A DNA stretch of 64,000 nt. Origin: Octopus bimaculoides (taxonomy: Eukaryota). Within the stretch, counting starts at the first letter, position 1, and each line of letters begins with the position of its first letter. The DNA lies in contig NC_068991.1 in assembly GCF_001194135.2 (NCBI RefSeq), forward strand, positions 6,042,173-6,106,172. The letters are read 5' to 3'. The position numbers and the translations under genes are program-made. The notes under the pieces were generated by a model. It made no database searches. It saw nothing but the letters and a program-made list of their open reading frames with translations, and was not told where the DNA came from. Below, piece by piece: positions 1 through 13,170 of the stretch.

Positions 1-16
1 TTTGAAATTTCCCCAA

Positions 17-62
17 GACACCTGATGAAGGCTGGAGGGTATATCAGCTGAAACGTGTTAAC
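17..62 (+). ncRNA. Degenerate minimal hammerhead-ribozyme-like motif (Penelope-like element terminal repeat type)
   Basis: CTGATGA (22-28), extra A, stem II GGCTG/CAGCT around a 10-nt loop, GAAAC (50-54), palindromic ACGT. GACAC (17-21) can pair with GTGTT (55-59). The stem III/cleavage-site region appears about 3 nt too short. Confidence 0.5.
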
Positions 63-1508
63 AGNNNNNNNNNNGCTGGAGGGTATATCAGCTGAAACGT
101 GTTAACAGCAAACAAGATGAGGACAAATATCCGTCAAATGTAAATAATGAAGATGTTTAATGTTTCACCTGCTGAACCATTCCTTTGTTCCTGTTTCTTG
201 TTGAAATACTTTGGAAACTTCTTTTGGTTGAGTTCATTCATGTATCATGCACTTTTTTTTATAATAACATAAAGCAAAACTCAGTTTCTGTGTCAAAAAT
301 TTCAGCATAGACAACTTTATTTATTTGCAACAGGTTTTTGAACTTGTTATCTGAATGCACTATTACTAAGATATGGGAATGTGGGAAACCTTTTCTGAAA
401 TTCATCATCATCATCATTCAGTGCTTTACAAAGAGCCTGCTTTTTGTAATACCATCTAAAAGTTCTCTTTGTTCTCACTGAAAATATCTTGCTGTTGGGT
501 CTGGTTTATGTGAAGAATTTTGTCCTTGAAATAAGTTATCCTTAGTTCCTGGCCAGTTTGGATTGCATGTCATAGTAACGAAAACATCAGATGTATCGCA
601 TTTTTCTACTGTTAGTCAATGTATGTCAATAGTATTTGCACATGTTTCTTGGAGATTCTTCAAATGAAGATGGGAGAATAACAGTGCTCCCAACTTGAAC
701 TCTGGGGGTTTTGGTGCAACATTCTTTAAATGATCAGCTAAACCACTGCAAAGTTCTACTTTCAGTCTTTGTTTTTGATATCAGACAAAATCCATTTTAT
801 TTGCTTCTTTAAGCAGGAGTTTCCTGCTCATTGCTGGAAGAGTTTCTCTCCACGAGGAATTAGATTGATCTTATTATGTCTGACTGCTGTGAGTGAAATT
901 TTGTTGATGAATATCAGTCTGTTGTGAACGTCAGCCTTTACCATCCAGGTTCACTGAAAGGAAAAAAACTAAATGTGGTGCTCCAGCATGGCCACAGTCA
1001 AATACCTGAAACAAGTAAAAGAATAATAGAATATTCTTGATTTTTGTGTAACCCATTCTTCCAGCCTTACATCATCTTTTTCTGTTTTTGTGTTGATTTT
1101 CATTCTTTTGATTGAAGTGGTTTCCTGCATTCTACACCTCATAGCATCTCTTCTAACATTGGCTTGCCCTTCGGTTTCATTTTGAGATCTTTGGGCCACT
1201 CTTCCTGGCTTGAGCTCTTCTGCTCTTCTGCTCCAGTTAACCAACACTCAAAATCTGCTCACCATTTAGCTTCTAATAGTTTTTTTTTTTCCATTTACAT
1301 TGGGCTTCTCTGTTTTTCCCCTAGCTAATCTTCTTTTCTTCAAGGGCTGATTCCAGTTTTTATCAGTTGCATTTTGCGATAACATGTCAGCAGTTGCGTA
1401 AATATATGACATACAATATCGAAGCGTGTGAACAATCAGATGTGTTTTTTATGTTTGAAACTTTTTGTAACAACCTTTTTAAATATTTGTGTGTGTGTGT
1501 GTGTGTGT

Positions 1509-1691
1509 CATCATCATCATCGTTTAACGTCCGCTTTCCATGATAGCATGGGCTGGATGATTTGACTGAGGACTGGTGAAACCAGATGGCTGCACCAAGC
1601 TCCATTCTGATCTGGCAGTGTTTCTACAGCTGGATGACCTTCCTAACGCCAACCACTCCGAGAGTGTAGTTGGTGCTTTTATGTGCCAGTC
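1509..1691 (-). mobile_element. Short GAT-tailed repeat (RTE-LINE 3' end type, family C)
   Basis: CATCATCATCGTTTAACGTCCGCTTTCCATG start; related copies at about 2341-2535, 7280-7535, 20443-20620. Confidence 0.8.
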
Positions 1692-2749
1692 ACTGAATAA
1701 TTAAATGGGATATTAAATTGTTTCTTTTGAAAATAATTTCTGTTTATGTATGCATGTGTATTTGCATCCATGTGCCTATATATGTTTGCATACACACACA
1801 CACACACACCCATGTATGTATGAGTTTTTTTTTATATATATGTTTATGTGCATGCATGCATGACTTTCTTTAATTGGATGCATGCTTGACCATGCTTGTG
1901 TGTGTGTGTGTGTGTATGCATATATGCACATCTGTTAGTGTGTGTTAATTGATGGGATGGCTATGTAATGATGTTTGGGTCTTTATTTACAAATTGGTGC
2001 AAAACCAATATTATTAATGGACACCTATCTGTCATATCTCAAACTCTTCTTAATTAATTGCCTCCGTCTGATCCCTAATCCGCTCCCTCCAACCTATTTC
2101 AATGGCGACCACTGTCTGTTATAAACACTATCATATTCCTCCTTGATTCAAACCCCTCTCATTGAGTCAGTCTTCCTCCTCTTCGTAGAATAGAATCGTA
2201 CTTGAAGGCTTTATTGCATGTCCCTAACAAGTCATATTCTCCACAAAACCCCCTTGTCCTGAATGTGTAGAATATTTGCAGTGGTAAGGTAGCATGCTTA
2301 ATAAATAAGGAAGAAATCATGTGAGATTGATACTGACTCTTCATCATCATCATCATTTAACAGCTGTTCTCTATGCTGGCATGAGTTGGATGGTATGACA
2401 AGAGCTGGCAAGCCAGAGGGCTGCACCCGGCACCAGTTGTCTGTTTTGGCATGGTTTCTATGGCTGGATGCCCTTCGTAATGCCAACCACTTTACAGAGT
2501 GTGTTGGCTACTTTTATGTGGTGCTGGCATGCCTACACTGGAAAAAATATTTTCAAAAAAAATTTTTTTTTTTTAATCAAGGTGGTTATATATATCTACA
2601 ATTCTACAAAACTAATCTATGAGTTTTAGCAAACTCAGTAGACAAAGATATAAAATTCGGAAGAGTCTGATATGTTTTTGAAAATGAAATTAAATATTCT
2701 ATTACATTTACAAATAGAAAATTGAAAAATATATAGTTAAAAGATAATA

Positions 2750-5700
2750 AACAGAAAAGCAAACTTGTGTGTGATAAACATTAAGCAGCAGGTGAGAAAA
2801 TGTTCACTTGTTTGTTTACATTTGACAACTGCCTGTACATTGTCGTATGTTAGTAATCCATTATAAAACGAGCTTATTGTCAAAGGAGTTGTAGGTGCTT
2901 TGTGGGAAGTGATATGCAAATGCAGTGAGATGGTAAAAATTAATCCTGGTGCTATTTTCGATTAATGAGTAATGTTCATTCATATCAGAGGGACAGAGCT
3001 GTTTAAAGTGTAATAGTTTTTTAGTGAAATAGGTAGAGAAATTTTGTAAATAAACAAATTGCTGAGAATAGTAGTATAAAGGAGACGTGTTGTCTCTTAT
3101 AGTTGGTTCTTGAAGATGTGATTGTTTTTTTTTTTGTTTTTAGAGACAGTTTGTAAACTTGCTAACTCTTGACTGTTGGTTGAAATTGAATTTCTGAACG
3201 AGTGCTCAAACTATATAGAATGCTTGATGGATATTGTCACATCTTAAGTGGAGAAAAGCTCTTAGAAGAGAGCTGTAATCAAAAGTGGACTGCTGCTGTT
3301 TCATTTTCCTGGGTGGAATTGCATCAAGCCATGGAATGTTCTATAGAATGACAGGGTTGTTTAAAGGTAGCTGTAGAGAGAGTTTTATTAAAAAGAAAAA
3401 AGTTTTGTTCTGAACAGAACATTGAGAGAGTGACTTAATGGCATGTGACAGTCAAATTTTCTCTGATTATGGAAGGAAGATTTTGCTTTTTATAAAGATT
3501 ATTTTGCTGAAAACAGGAAATAGGTGTGTCTTGCAGTTGTTATGAACTAGTTCAAATCTGTAACAAGCAGGCATGTCTTGCTACGTTTACGAGGGACTTG
3601 CAGTGATTTCAAGGCAGCTTTGAAAACAAAGGGAATAGCTGTGTCTTGCAGCTGTCGTTAACTGGTTCAAATCTGTACTAGTAAGCATGTCTTGCAAGTT
3701 AGTTCGAAGCCATACGTGTGCAACTGTCTGGTCTGGCCATCATAGATTATTACATTTCAGTTTGGTTGGAGTTAGTGAAGATGGAGAATATGGTACTGTT
3801 GTGGTGAGAGTCATGACACCCCTGCAAGAATAGACTTCACCGAATGACTACGAATAGTAGGGGTCTGAGTGAAAGACAGGGAGAGACGGCGATAATTGCA
3901 GGATGTCGTAAGGTGTTGTTCTAGTAGTTTGTTGGTTTGTGTATAGTTTGTGGGGAATTTGTTGGATTGTTATGTTGTTGTAACCCTGCTTTGTTTTGTA
4001 TTTTATTGTTACTGCACGGTTATAGTGTAAACAAGTATTGTCATGATGAGTGGTGATACGACAATAATTGGTGACGAGTAACTATGTTACAATAGGTACT
4101 AACAACTGTAGCTGTACAGACAGATGCTGAAATGAGATGGCATAAAAGTGCTTGGTTGTGATTTGGTGTGGTGGTGATACTAGTCCTAATATAAGGTATG
4201 GAGTTGAATGTATTCTTGACAACATTAAACTGTGAAGTGATTTAAGTGTCAAGAATGGTATGATGATCCCTTCGAAAAATGAATGGGCATTCAGGGTAGG
4301 AAACGGCATCAGTGCAAATATGGCCAGCTGATAAAGAAAGTAGATTCTTCTGGAATTTCAATAGAATTCCAAATTCTCAAATGTTTGGTGTCCACTTGGT
4401 CAGTTTATAAACACACAGCTACAGAGTATGGTCACTCGGTTAAAAAGAATTTGCTTAAGTTTGAAAGCTGAATATAGAGACACTTTTATCTTTGGTGAAA
4501 CCCTCATTTGACTATTTTAAGTTTTATTTGGAGAGTGAATTTGTTAAAAGCTGAATGAGAGTGGTGAATATGGCCTAAGTGAATGGACTTGCACTTAACA
4601 TGCACCCAAATGCTGAGAGATGACATAACATAAAGGAAGATAGTAATTTGAATTTTTGATTTATTTTAGGAAAACAGGTAGTCGTTGAAACATTTGGTTT
4701 TTAGATTGGGGGGGGGTTCACACAATGCTTTTCTTGTGGTTCCAACAATATTTTTACTTATGGATCCCTTTGATCCCTATTTTATTCTGATGGACCCTCC
4801 TGGCCATTTGATGTTTAAAAAACCCTATTATATTTTGCTAATTAAACATTACATAGGAATTGTATTAAAAAAATTTATTAAATATTTTGTGTATTGTAAA
4901 GGTATAAGTAATTTGTTGCCAATAAATTTTAGCCACAAACTCTTACATGGACTTTCCCCGCAAGGACCATATGGACCCTGGTTGAGAACCATTGGTTTAT
5001 ATGAACTCCACACTTGCTTAGAACATTCGTCAAATTGACAGTGTTGCTAACTTGTGACAGCTAAACGGATAAAGCTGTTTGGAGTATTGTTGATGTTGGA
5101 GAAATAAATAGTATTGCTCTGGTGGCAGGACTTTGGATTATTTTACATTTTATTGACTTTTGCAGTTCATATTTTATCATTGAAACTTTATATTGAAGCA
5201 GGTTAGTAGGCCACGTAGTATTTGAAAACAAATTCATAGTTAAATTTGACTAATAAATATCTTTGAAAATAAAGACTTTGTTATTTATATAAACTAGTCA
5301 TACTCTTCGAAATTCCATGTTTTATGTATTTTCTTTTAGTTTGATGTGTAAATTTATTTATCTTGATAACATTTGTTTCAATATGTAGGAGAGTTTTATA
5401 ATAAGCCAGACAATGTATTGAGGTTATTGAAAAATTAAGATTTACATAACTTAGAGTGTTAGTAACAATATAATAGATTCTGGTCTTCTCTAGCTGCAAG
5501 GTATTGTTACAAGTGTTCATTATATTGTTCAGCATGCAGTTGAGACTTGTGGTTTCTTGCAAATTGTTAATGACATTATCCAACCTTGACATGTGTGTCA
5601 ATTAAATATTGTTGAGAAACAAGTGTTCCTGATTTGGAAATGACATTGAAGCCACCTCTCCTGTGCAAGACAGTAAAACTATTGCATAGATTCTTTATTT

Positions 5701-6200
5701 CAAAGCTGGGTTCATTGTTCTTCAACATGGTATACATTATTGTACCATCCAGTTTTATCATTGTGAAATAAGAGCGTAACTCTTATGTCACAAAATCGGG
5801 TTAGGATGACAAATACGACATCGTTGTTGGTAACACATTTCTGAGATGAATTACGATGCCTCTATTTTCTCACGGAGTTCTATTTTCAACAGCGAGTTCA
5901 TTTCTTGGAGGAAGATTATACTGACTGATGTTGGAGGCCTTGTCTTGTAGTTCTGTTGATATTTACGAGGCTCTGTACTTTCCATAAGTGCATGTGCCTG
6001 TTCATGTATAGTTTTTTTATATAGTTCAGTGAATGTGTTATGAAAAATCATCTCTTGTTTTGTGTCCATACTAAGTAAACATTTTGAATTTGGAAGTACT
6101 GTTACCAATGATTTTGAACTTAGCTGACCATATTGCTGGGCTGTTTTTTCTGAGTACAGAGTAAAAATAGATGCACTCATTAGGCTTAATGTTGAATATT
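2750..6200 (-). mobile_element. Highly degenerate non-LTR retrotransposon (LINE, endonuclease plus RT remnants), interrupted by a hAT MITE
   Basis: Minus-strand fragments resemble APE/RT motifs: NSLLKIELREKIEAS...DVVFVILTRF, FTVLHRRGG, PWLDAIPPRKMK. Many stops and frameshifts. Confidence 0.45.
4734..4994 (+). mobile_element. hAT-type MITE copy, same family as 49963-50203
   Basis: Shared internal sequence (CTTTGATCCCTATTTT...GCCATTTGATGTTTA); right TIR GGTTGAGAACCATTG. Confidence 0.7.
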
Positions 6201-7632
6201 TTTACCCCATCTCCTAATTTTTTTTATTATGCTCTTTATTTTTTTAATTAGTCTTTGGATTTTTATGTTTTGAATGTCAGATTCAGAATTTGTTTTTAAA
6301 AAAAGTGACAGGAACTGATAAGAGTTAAATGGTTTAAAGCCACAGTATTGTTTATTTTTTCCTTTTTTCTTTCTTTNNNNNNNNNNNNNNNNNNNNNNNN
6401 NNNNNNNNNNNNNNNNNNNNNNNNNNNNNNNNNNNNNNNNNNNNNNNNNNNNNNNNNNNTGTTTTTGCATTTGAAAGCATTTGTTGTTTTACTTTCTGAA
6501 AATTTAAAGTGTTTCAGTTTCAATTTATTAAGGATGACAGTCTAATTAATTCAAATGCAAATGAAATATTTATTAAAAAAGAAAAAAATACTTCAGCTGT
6601 AGATCCTCTAACCCTTGTTCAGTTTTTGATTAAAAAAGGAATCAAATTATTTTTTTAAATTTTAAAAAAATTTTTTTTTTTACACATTTTGAATCTGATC
6701 AAAATAAAAATATAAGAACCAATAAAAACAGTTAGAGAAGTTTAAAAATTCTCTGCTAAAAGGAATAATTACCAAAATAGAATAGTATGTCTGTCTATGA
6801 ATTCTAAAACACTCTTCTGGTGTAGTAAATTTTGTACCAAATGAAAATGAAATTTTAAAAAAACTGTACAATTACAATTTTTGATATCTTTTCTCCTAAA
6901 ATTATTAACATCCTCATTCTTTGTATATAAAAAAAAAAAGTTTCACTCCATCAAGGTCAGGATGCAGAAGAGGAAGTTGTATTTTACTATTGACCTGGTG
7001 ACAGTTTTGCTACTCATTTCTGAATTTCAGTGAGGATAGGATCTGTCCATTTCTCTAAAGTCTGCCACTTATTTTGTTCTCTTGTTTCATTTGAGCACCA
7101 AATTGTCTCTGATGTGACCCTCTTGTTTGAATATTTATCAAATTACGCAACTGTTTCTCATTCATATTTTTTTTCGCCATACTTGAGTTTGTTCCTCAAG
7201 TTTATAGATATTTTGCTCACTGTTCCCCATTCAAACAATTCACCACACTTCTTTTCTTTACCAGCATTAATACCACTGTGAAGTGGTTGACATTTGGAAG
7301 AGCATCCAGCTGTGAAAATCATGCCAAAACTAAACTTGCCTGTGCTAGTGCCACGTAAAAAGCACTAAGTCCACTTTGCAGAGTGGTTGGTGTTAGGAAA
7401 GGCATCCAGCCGTAAAAACCCTGCCAAAACTACCCCAGTTGCATGGGGTAGCCTTCTGCCTGGCCAGTTCCTGTCAACCGTCCTACCCATGCATGCATGG
7501 AAGATGGACGTTAAACAATGACGATAATGATGACACTCTGTCATATTGGTCTTTTTCTGTTGAGTTTACCTTAGACCTTCTCTTTTATTTCTTCTCTTTG
7601 TTTGTCTCTCATCTTCTGCCTGTATTACTCCA

Positions 7633-8412
7633 NNNNNNNNNNNNNNNNNNNNNNNNNNNNNNNNNNNNNNNNNNNNNNNNNNNNNNNNNNNNNNNNNNNN
7701 NNNNNNNNNNNNNNNNNNNNNNNNNNNNNNNNNNNNNNNNNNNNNNNNNNNNNNNNNNNNNNNNNNNNNNNNNNNNNNNNNNNNNNNNNNNNNNNNNNNN
7801 NNNNNNNNNNNNNNNNNNNNNNNNNNNNNNNNNNNNNNNNNNNNNNNNNNNNNNNNNNNNNNNNNNNNNNNNNNNNNNNNNNNNNNNNNNNNNNNNNNNN
7901 NNNNNNNNNNNNNNNNNNNNNNNNNNNNNNNNNNNNNNNNNNNNNNNNNNNNNNNNNNNNNNNNNNNNNNNNNNNNNNNNNNNNNNNNNNNNNNNNNNNN
8001 NNNNNNNNNNNNNNNNNNNNNNNNNNNNNNNNNNNNNNNNNNNNNNNNNNNNNNNNNNNNNNNNNNNNNNNNNNNNNNNNNNNNNNNNNNNNNNNNNNNN
8101 NNNNNNNNNNNNNNNNNNNNNNNNNNNNNNNNNNNNNNNNNNNNNNNNNNNNNNNNNNNNNNNNNNNNNNNNNNNNNNNNNNNNNNNNNNNNNNNNNNNN
8201 NNNNNNNNNNNNNNNNNNNNNNNNNNNNNNNNNNNNNNNNNNNNNNNNNNNNNNNNNNNNNNNNNNNNNNNNNNNNNNNNNNNNNNNNNNNNNNNNNNNN
8301 NNNNNNNNNNNNNNNNNNNNNNNNNNNNNNNNNNNNNNNNNNNNNNNNNNNNNNNNNNNNNNNNNNNNNNNNNNNNNNNNNNNNNNNNNNNNNNNNNNNN
8401 NNNNNNNNNNNN
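7633..8412. other. Largest assembly gap (780 N); others at 65-74, 6377-6460, 40270-40279, 50232-50273, 51724-51733, 58030-58039, 59654-59740
   Basis: N runs in the sequence. Confidence 0.99.
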
Positions 8413-8560
8413 TGTTTATAAATTATGGACAGTTGAAGTCGTTTATAGATTTTCAACCTCTTCAAAGTGAGCTTGTATCTAGGTGAGATGTTTTTCTTTA
8501 TTCTATATAATCTATACCATGTTCTTATGTAATAATAATAATAATAATAAGAAGAAGAAC

Positions 8561-8774
8561 TCTTTTTACTATAGGCAGAAGGCCTGAAATTTTGGGGATG
8601 GGAAAATGTCAATTCCATTGGCTCCAGTGCTCAACTGGTGCTCATTTCATTGACACCAAAAGGATGTAAGGCAAAACTGACTTTGGTAGACTTTGAACTT
8701 AGAAAGTAAAAACGAATAAAAGGCTGCTAAGCATTTCGTCCAGCGTCCTAACAACTCTGCCAACTCACCACCTT
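8561..8774 (-). mobile_element. tRNA-derived SINE, family B, flanked by (AAT)n
   Basis: Minus-strand head AAGGTGGTGAGTTGGCAG...GAGTTCAAAGT; matches the copies at 55143-55685. Confidence 0.8.
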
Positions 8775-9204
8775 AATGATAATAATAATAATAATAATAA
8801 CAACAACAACAACAATAATAATTGTTGTTTACTGTCCACTTTTCTACACTTGCTTGGCTCAGGCAGAATTTGTTGAGGCAAATTTTCACAGCCAGATGCC
8901 CTTTTTGTTGCCAAGCCTCACTTATTTCCAAGCAAGGTACTATTTTTTCCCATGGCCAAACATGTCTTTTACAGAAGACTGGTATTGCTTGTGTGACAGT
9001 GCTGTCTGTTCACGACCATCATGTAATAAAAATACAAGGATCCCCCCCCCATACACACACACACACACACAAAAGTTTCTTTCACCTTCCATTCATCAAA
9101 TCCACCCACAGTGCCCTGGTTGGCCTGGGACTACAATAGAAGACATTTGCCATGAAGCAAGCTTCTTCACTACACAGCCTCTAGCTAAATATAATAGTAA
9201 TAAT

Positions 9205-9417
9205 GGTTTCAAATTTTGGCACAAGGTCAGCAATTTTAGGGAAGGACTAAGTCAATTGCATCGACCCCAGTGATCAGCTGGTACTTATTTTATAGACCCC
9301 AAAAGGATGAAAGGTAAACTCACCCTCAGTGGAGTTTGATCTCAGAATATAACGACAGACAAAATGCTGTTGAACATTTTGCCTGGCATGCTAACTATTC
9401 TGCCATCTTGCCACCTT
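9205..9417 (-). mobile_element. tRNA-derived SINE, family B
   Basis: Same family as 8561-8774. Confidence 0.8.
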
Positions 9418-9459
9418 GTAAATATATGGAATATATTACCTCAATATAAGCTCGCCACC

Positions 9460-9492
<33 letters not shown>

Positions 9493-10689
9493 TTGATGAT
9501 AATGATGTTAATTTTTTTAATATTCAAGATTTACTCTGGGTTATTTTTAATCATACCTTTTAAAACCAAACTGATTGTCTGATGAGATTTGTATATAATT
9601 AGTGAAATGCTAAGACAGAACTAGTTATCTTAATTTAGACGAATAATTATTTTTATATTTCCAACTACCTTTTGAAGCTATATTTTCATTTTTAATTAGA
9701 TTTATTTTTAATTTGATTTACATAATTTCTTAGCATTTTAGTTTCTTTCCAATATCTTATAATAATAATAATAATAATTTCTGCAAACTGAAATATGAAA
9801 TAATTTAAATCTTTTTATTTTCATTGGTGAATTATAATGAAATTGTGGGGGGAGGAGGGGGAGAGAGATACGAGAGAGAGAGAGAGAGATGTGTATAAGT
9901 AACTCAAGCCATATTTTATATTGGTTGCTACTACAATTTGGTTGCTTTATTATTAGATATTTAATAAGTATAATTAAAACTGCTTATTAGCATAGTTGAC
10001 TTGCTAATATGTAAGTGTAAATAAAATCTGAGGTAGTTATTTGAAAATGTCACTAATGTACAGCATTAAAGTCAAGGTAGACCTTCAGTTATCAGTTAAT
10101 GGATGACATTACATAGAAGATTCTTTGAAAATTACAATATTATAGAATTACTAATTGATGATCAAACTACTAAAATGATACAGTAAATTGCACAAGTAAT
10201 TCTCTTTATTTGTTTAATATGGTTTGATTATATCATTAGGTATTTGTTAATTCATTCAGTTATAATAAAGAAAATATTCAACACCTTTAAATCAAATTCC
10301 TATCTTAAATAAAGGGGTACATTGGTCTTTGCAGTCTTAGATATATTGTCTGAAAAAGAAAAACAGAAAAGAAAAATAAGGCATGTTGTTGGTCATGGCT
10401 GATATGTTTTTCATACATAGATCTTGTGAAGGATGGGTGATGAGATGACCACTCATAGCCTGAGCTTCATAGATGGTGAGAAGATAAGAGAGAGAGAGGG
10501 GTATGAGTGCTAGAGGAATGAGATGGTTGAAGTGAATGGAGAGATGAGTAAAAGAGGGAGAGTGATCAGCAGATAGATGAGATGGGAGGGTCAGGGGTAC
10601 GAATGAGTATCTGCAACAATAGGCTTGGCAGGATACAAACACACACACACATATATATATATCATATTGCATGGGTGCATTTAACCAAA

Positions 10690-10930
10690 AGTGACCAGGT
10701 CTTCTGCAGCACTACATATCACCAATCAGTATTCTCCTTTGCTTTCTCTGTAAGCTGCAACATCTTCTAGTCAGCCTTTACCACTTTGTCCTATGTCTTC
10801 CTTGGTCTTCCTTTTCCACAAGTTCCACTAATTTTGAGTGCACAGCTCTTCCTTATGTAGCAATCAACCTCTTGCACCAGGTTACCTTATGTTTGGCTGC
10901 TACGTTTGCTCCTGCCACGAAACTAGTCTG
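10690..10930 (-). mobile_element. RTE-type LINE, RT C-terminal remnant
   Basis: Minus strand translates KSCALKISGTCGKGRPRKT*DKVVKAD*KMLQLTE, matching the RTE GRGRPRKTW.EVV..D pattern. Confidence 0.6.
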
Positions 10931-11844
10931 TAGCTTTCAGTAGATTGTGTTGTAAAAACCCTCCCAGTTTTCCTCTATGTTATAGGCTTCTGTGTCTATT
11001 GATAAAGAGAAGTTATTTTTCAGTGTTAGCATAACAAGGAACAAAATTCTTGTTTTAAGTGTTCTAGGACCCAGAAATGTACTGGAAGTTATTTTAGGCA
11101 AAAGGGGTTGTTTCAAAAAGTTACATTAGTAGAAACATTTCAGTGCCACATTAAACTGTTTTTGCTATAATTGCAGTACACACAAACAGAGAAATACACA
11201 GCCGATTTAGTATTATGCATATGAAAATAATGAAATTGGCATCATGAGACACTGTCTTTCAATAATTTTAATAACATAGCTGCAATGGAACGGCAAAGAG
11301 ATATGAATCAGTATTTTCTCATAGACAGCTTTGTATCACTCTTTCTAGATTGCATTCATTTCTTGACGTAATGATAAAAATAATTGACAAGTTTTCATTT
11401 AAAAGGGATGATAAATATATATAACAGACTATAATTTTCAGAAAACTGCACTTTCTGTACTACCTGTGTGGAGGAGTACAGACTCTTGACAATGTAACTG
11501 TTCATGGAGAAGAAAAAAAAGAAAAGAAATTATGTAATTTTTTTGTCCTCTTTAGAACTTCCAACAATCTTGAATTTACACAGGTGCTGCCGTGTTATAA
11601 ATGGGTTTACTGTCTTGCTACAATACTGGCCAGGAATCAATTTGTGTTGCTTAAGAACTAAGCTAAAAAGCATCTGATCAGGACTAACCTCCTTCCCAGT
11701 TGAGATCCTATCTAAACCACACTGTTAAAGCAGACATTCCTTCATTGTTTTTACTCCCTTTGTGAGGCCCTCCCTCTCCTATCCCTCATCAGTAATTTTT
11801 TTTTTGTCGTTTGTGTTGTAGTTATACTTGTCCTTATTTTGAGT

Positions 11845-12060
11845 GTGGCTGTTGCCAGTACTGCCGGACTGGCCCTCGTGCCGGTGGCATGTAAAAGCAC
11901 CCACTACACTCTCGGAGTGGTCGGCGTTAGAAAGGGCATCCAGCTGTAGAAACTCTGCCAGATCAGATTGGAGCCTGATGCAGCCATCTGGTTCACCAGT
12001 CCTCAGTCAAATCATCCAACCCATGCTAACATGGAAAGTGGACGTTAAACGTTGATGATA
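11845..12060 (+). mobile_element. Family C repeat, sense orientation
   Basis: Ends CCAACCCATGCTAACATGGAAAGTGGACGTTAAACGTTGATGAT. Confidence 0.85.
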
Positions 12061-12621
12061 TTATCTAAAAATCTTGCCTCCTTTTTTTTTTTTTTTTACC
12101 ACACAAAACCTATATGAGTGTCACCAAGAACAAGAAATGTTCTGTTCCTTTTCTCTTCATTACATGAAATTACCATTTCTAAAAACAATTAATCTTTACC
12201 ATTGCTATGATCACATTGCAAAACACTTCTGCAATTCAGTAATGTTAGATTTTGCCTTACTATATTTCTAACCATGATAGGCAAATTCATGTTCATTTTG
12301 CATAATATACTGTCTGTCTCTTTTGATTTTTTCAATAACTGCCGTTTCCTTTCAAGTCCCAGACCAAACCCTTTCTTACCCAATCAACTTATTATGTCCA
12401 TTTGCTATTAAGACACTTCCTGAACACATTTGTATGTTTTTGTTAAATTATATATTGTATGAGGTTTGGTATAGTCTTCTGTTATTGATTTCATTTGAAT
12501 GGCATTTTTTGGCTTTTAAGTATTTGCAAGAAACACTTAATTCTTCCTCTTACTGTCATGTATGTGTGTTCAAAACTTATATCAGAAGATGTATCATTCA
12601 GAATATATGTAATATAATGAT

Positions 12622-12832
12622 TACAAATGTTGACACAAGGCCAGCAATTTCGGGAGAGGGGCCAAGTTGATTACATCATCCCCAGTGCTTAGCTGGTACT
12701 TACTTTATTGGTCCCGAAAGGATGAAGGGCAAAGTTGACCTCAGCAGAATTTGAACTCAGAGGGTAAAGACAGACAAAATGCTGTTAAACATTTTGCTTG
12801 GCATACTAACAATTCTGCCTACTCACCGCCTT
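12622..12832 (-). mobile_element. tRNA-derived SINE, family B
   Basis: Same family; B-box-like GAGTTCAAATTC on the minus strand. Confidence 0.8.
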
Positions 12833-12839
12833 GTAACTA

Positions 12840-13170
12840 TCATCATCATCATCATCGTTTAACATCCATTTTCCATGCTGGTATGGGTTGGACGGTTTGA
12901 CTGGGGACTGGCAAGCCAGTAGGCTGCCCCAGGCTCCAATCTTATCTGGCAGAGTTTTTACAGCTAGATGCCCTTCCTAACACCAACCACTCCAAGCATG
13001 TAGTGGGTGCTTTTTATGTGCCACCGGCATGGGAGCCAGTCAGGTGGCACTGGATGGTGCTTTTTACATGCCACCAGCACAGGAGCCAGTCGGTGGGGGA
13101 CTGGCATTGACCATGTTCGGACTGTGCTTTTTATGTGCCACCAGCATGGGAAGCCAGTCAGGTGGCACTT
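12840..13170 (-). mobile_element. Family C repeat with internal tandem modules
   Basis: (CAT)n tail at left; three GTGCTTTTTATGTGCCACC...GCCAGTC modules at 13006-13168. Confidence 0.85.

Noticed and set aside
75-108. Apparent tandem second copy of the hammerhead-like segment
   Set aside because: It is identical to 31-64 and separated only by a 10-N gap, so it is most likely a contig-overlap artefact rather than a natural dimer.
7439-8618. Long ORFs of 294-350 aa
   Set aside because: Produced by translating through the 780-N gap.
9579-9615. Other CTGATGA/CTGAAGA...GAAA matches (also about 19107)
   Set aside because: No convincing stem II or NUH/stem III arrangement.
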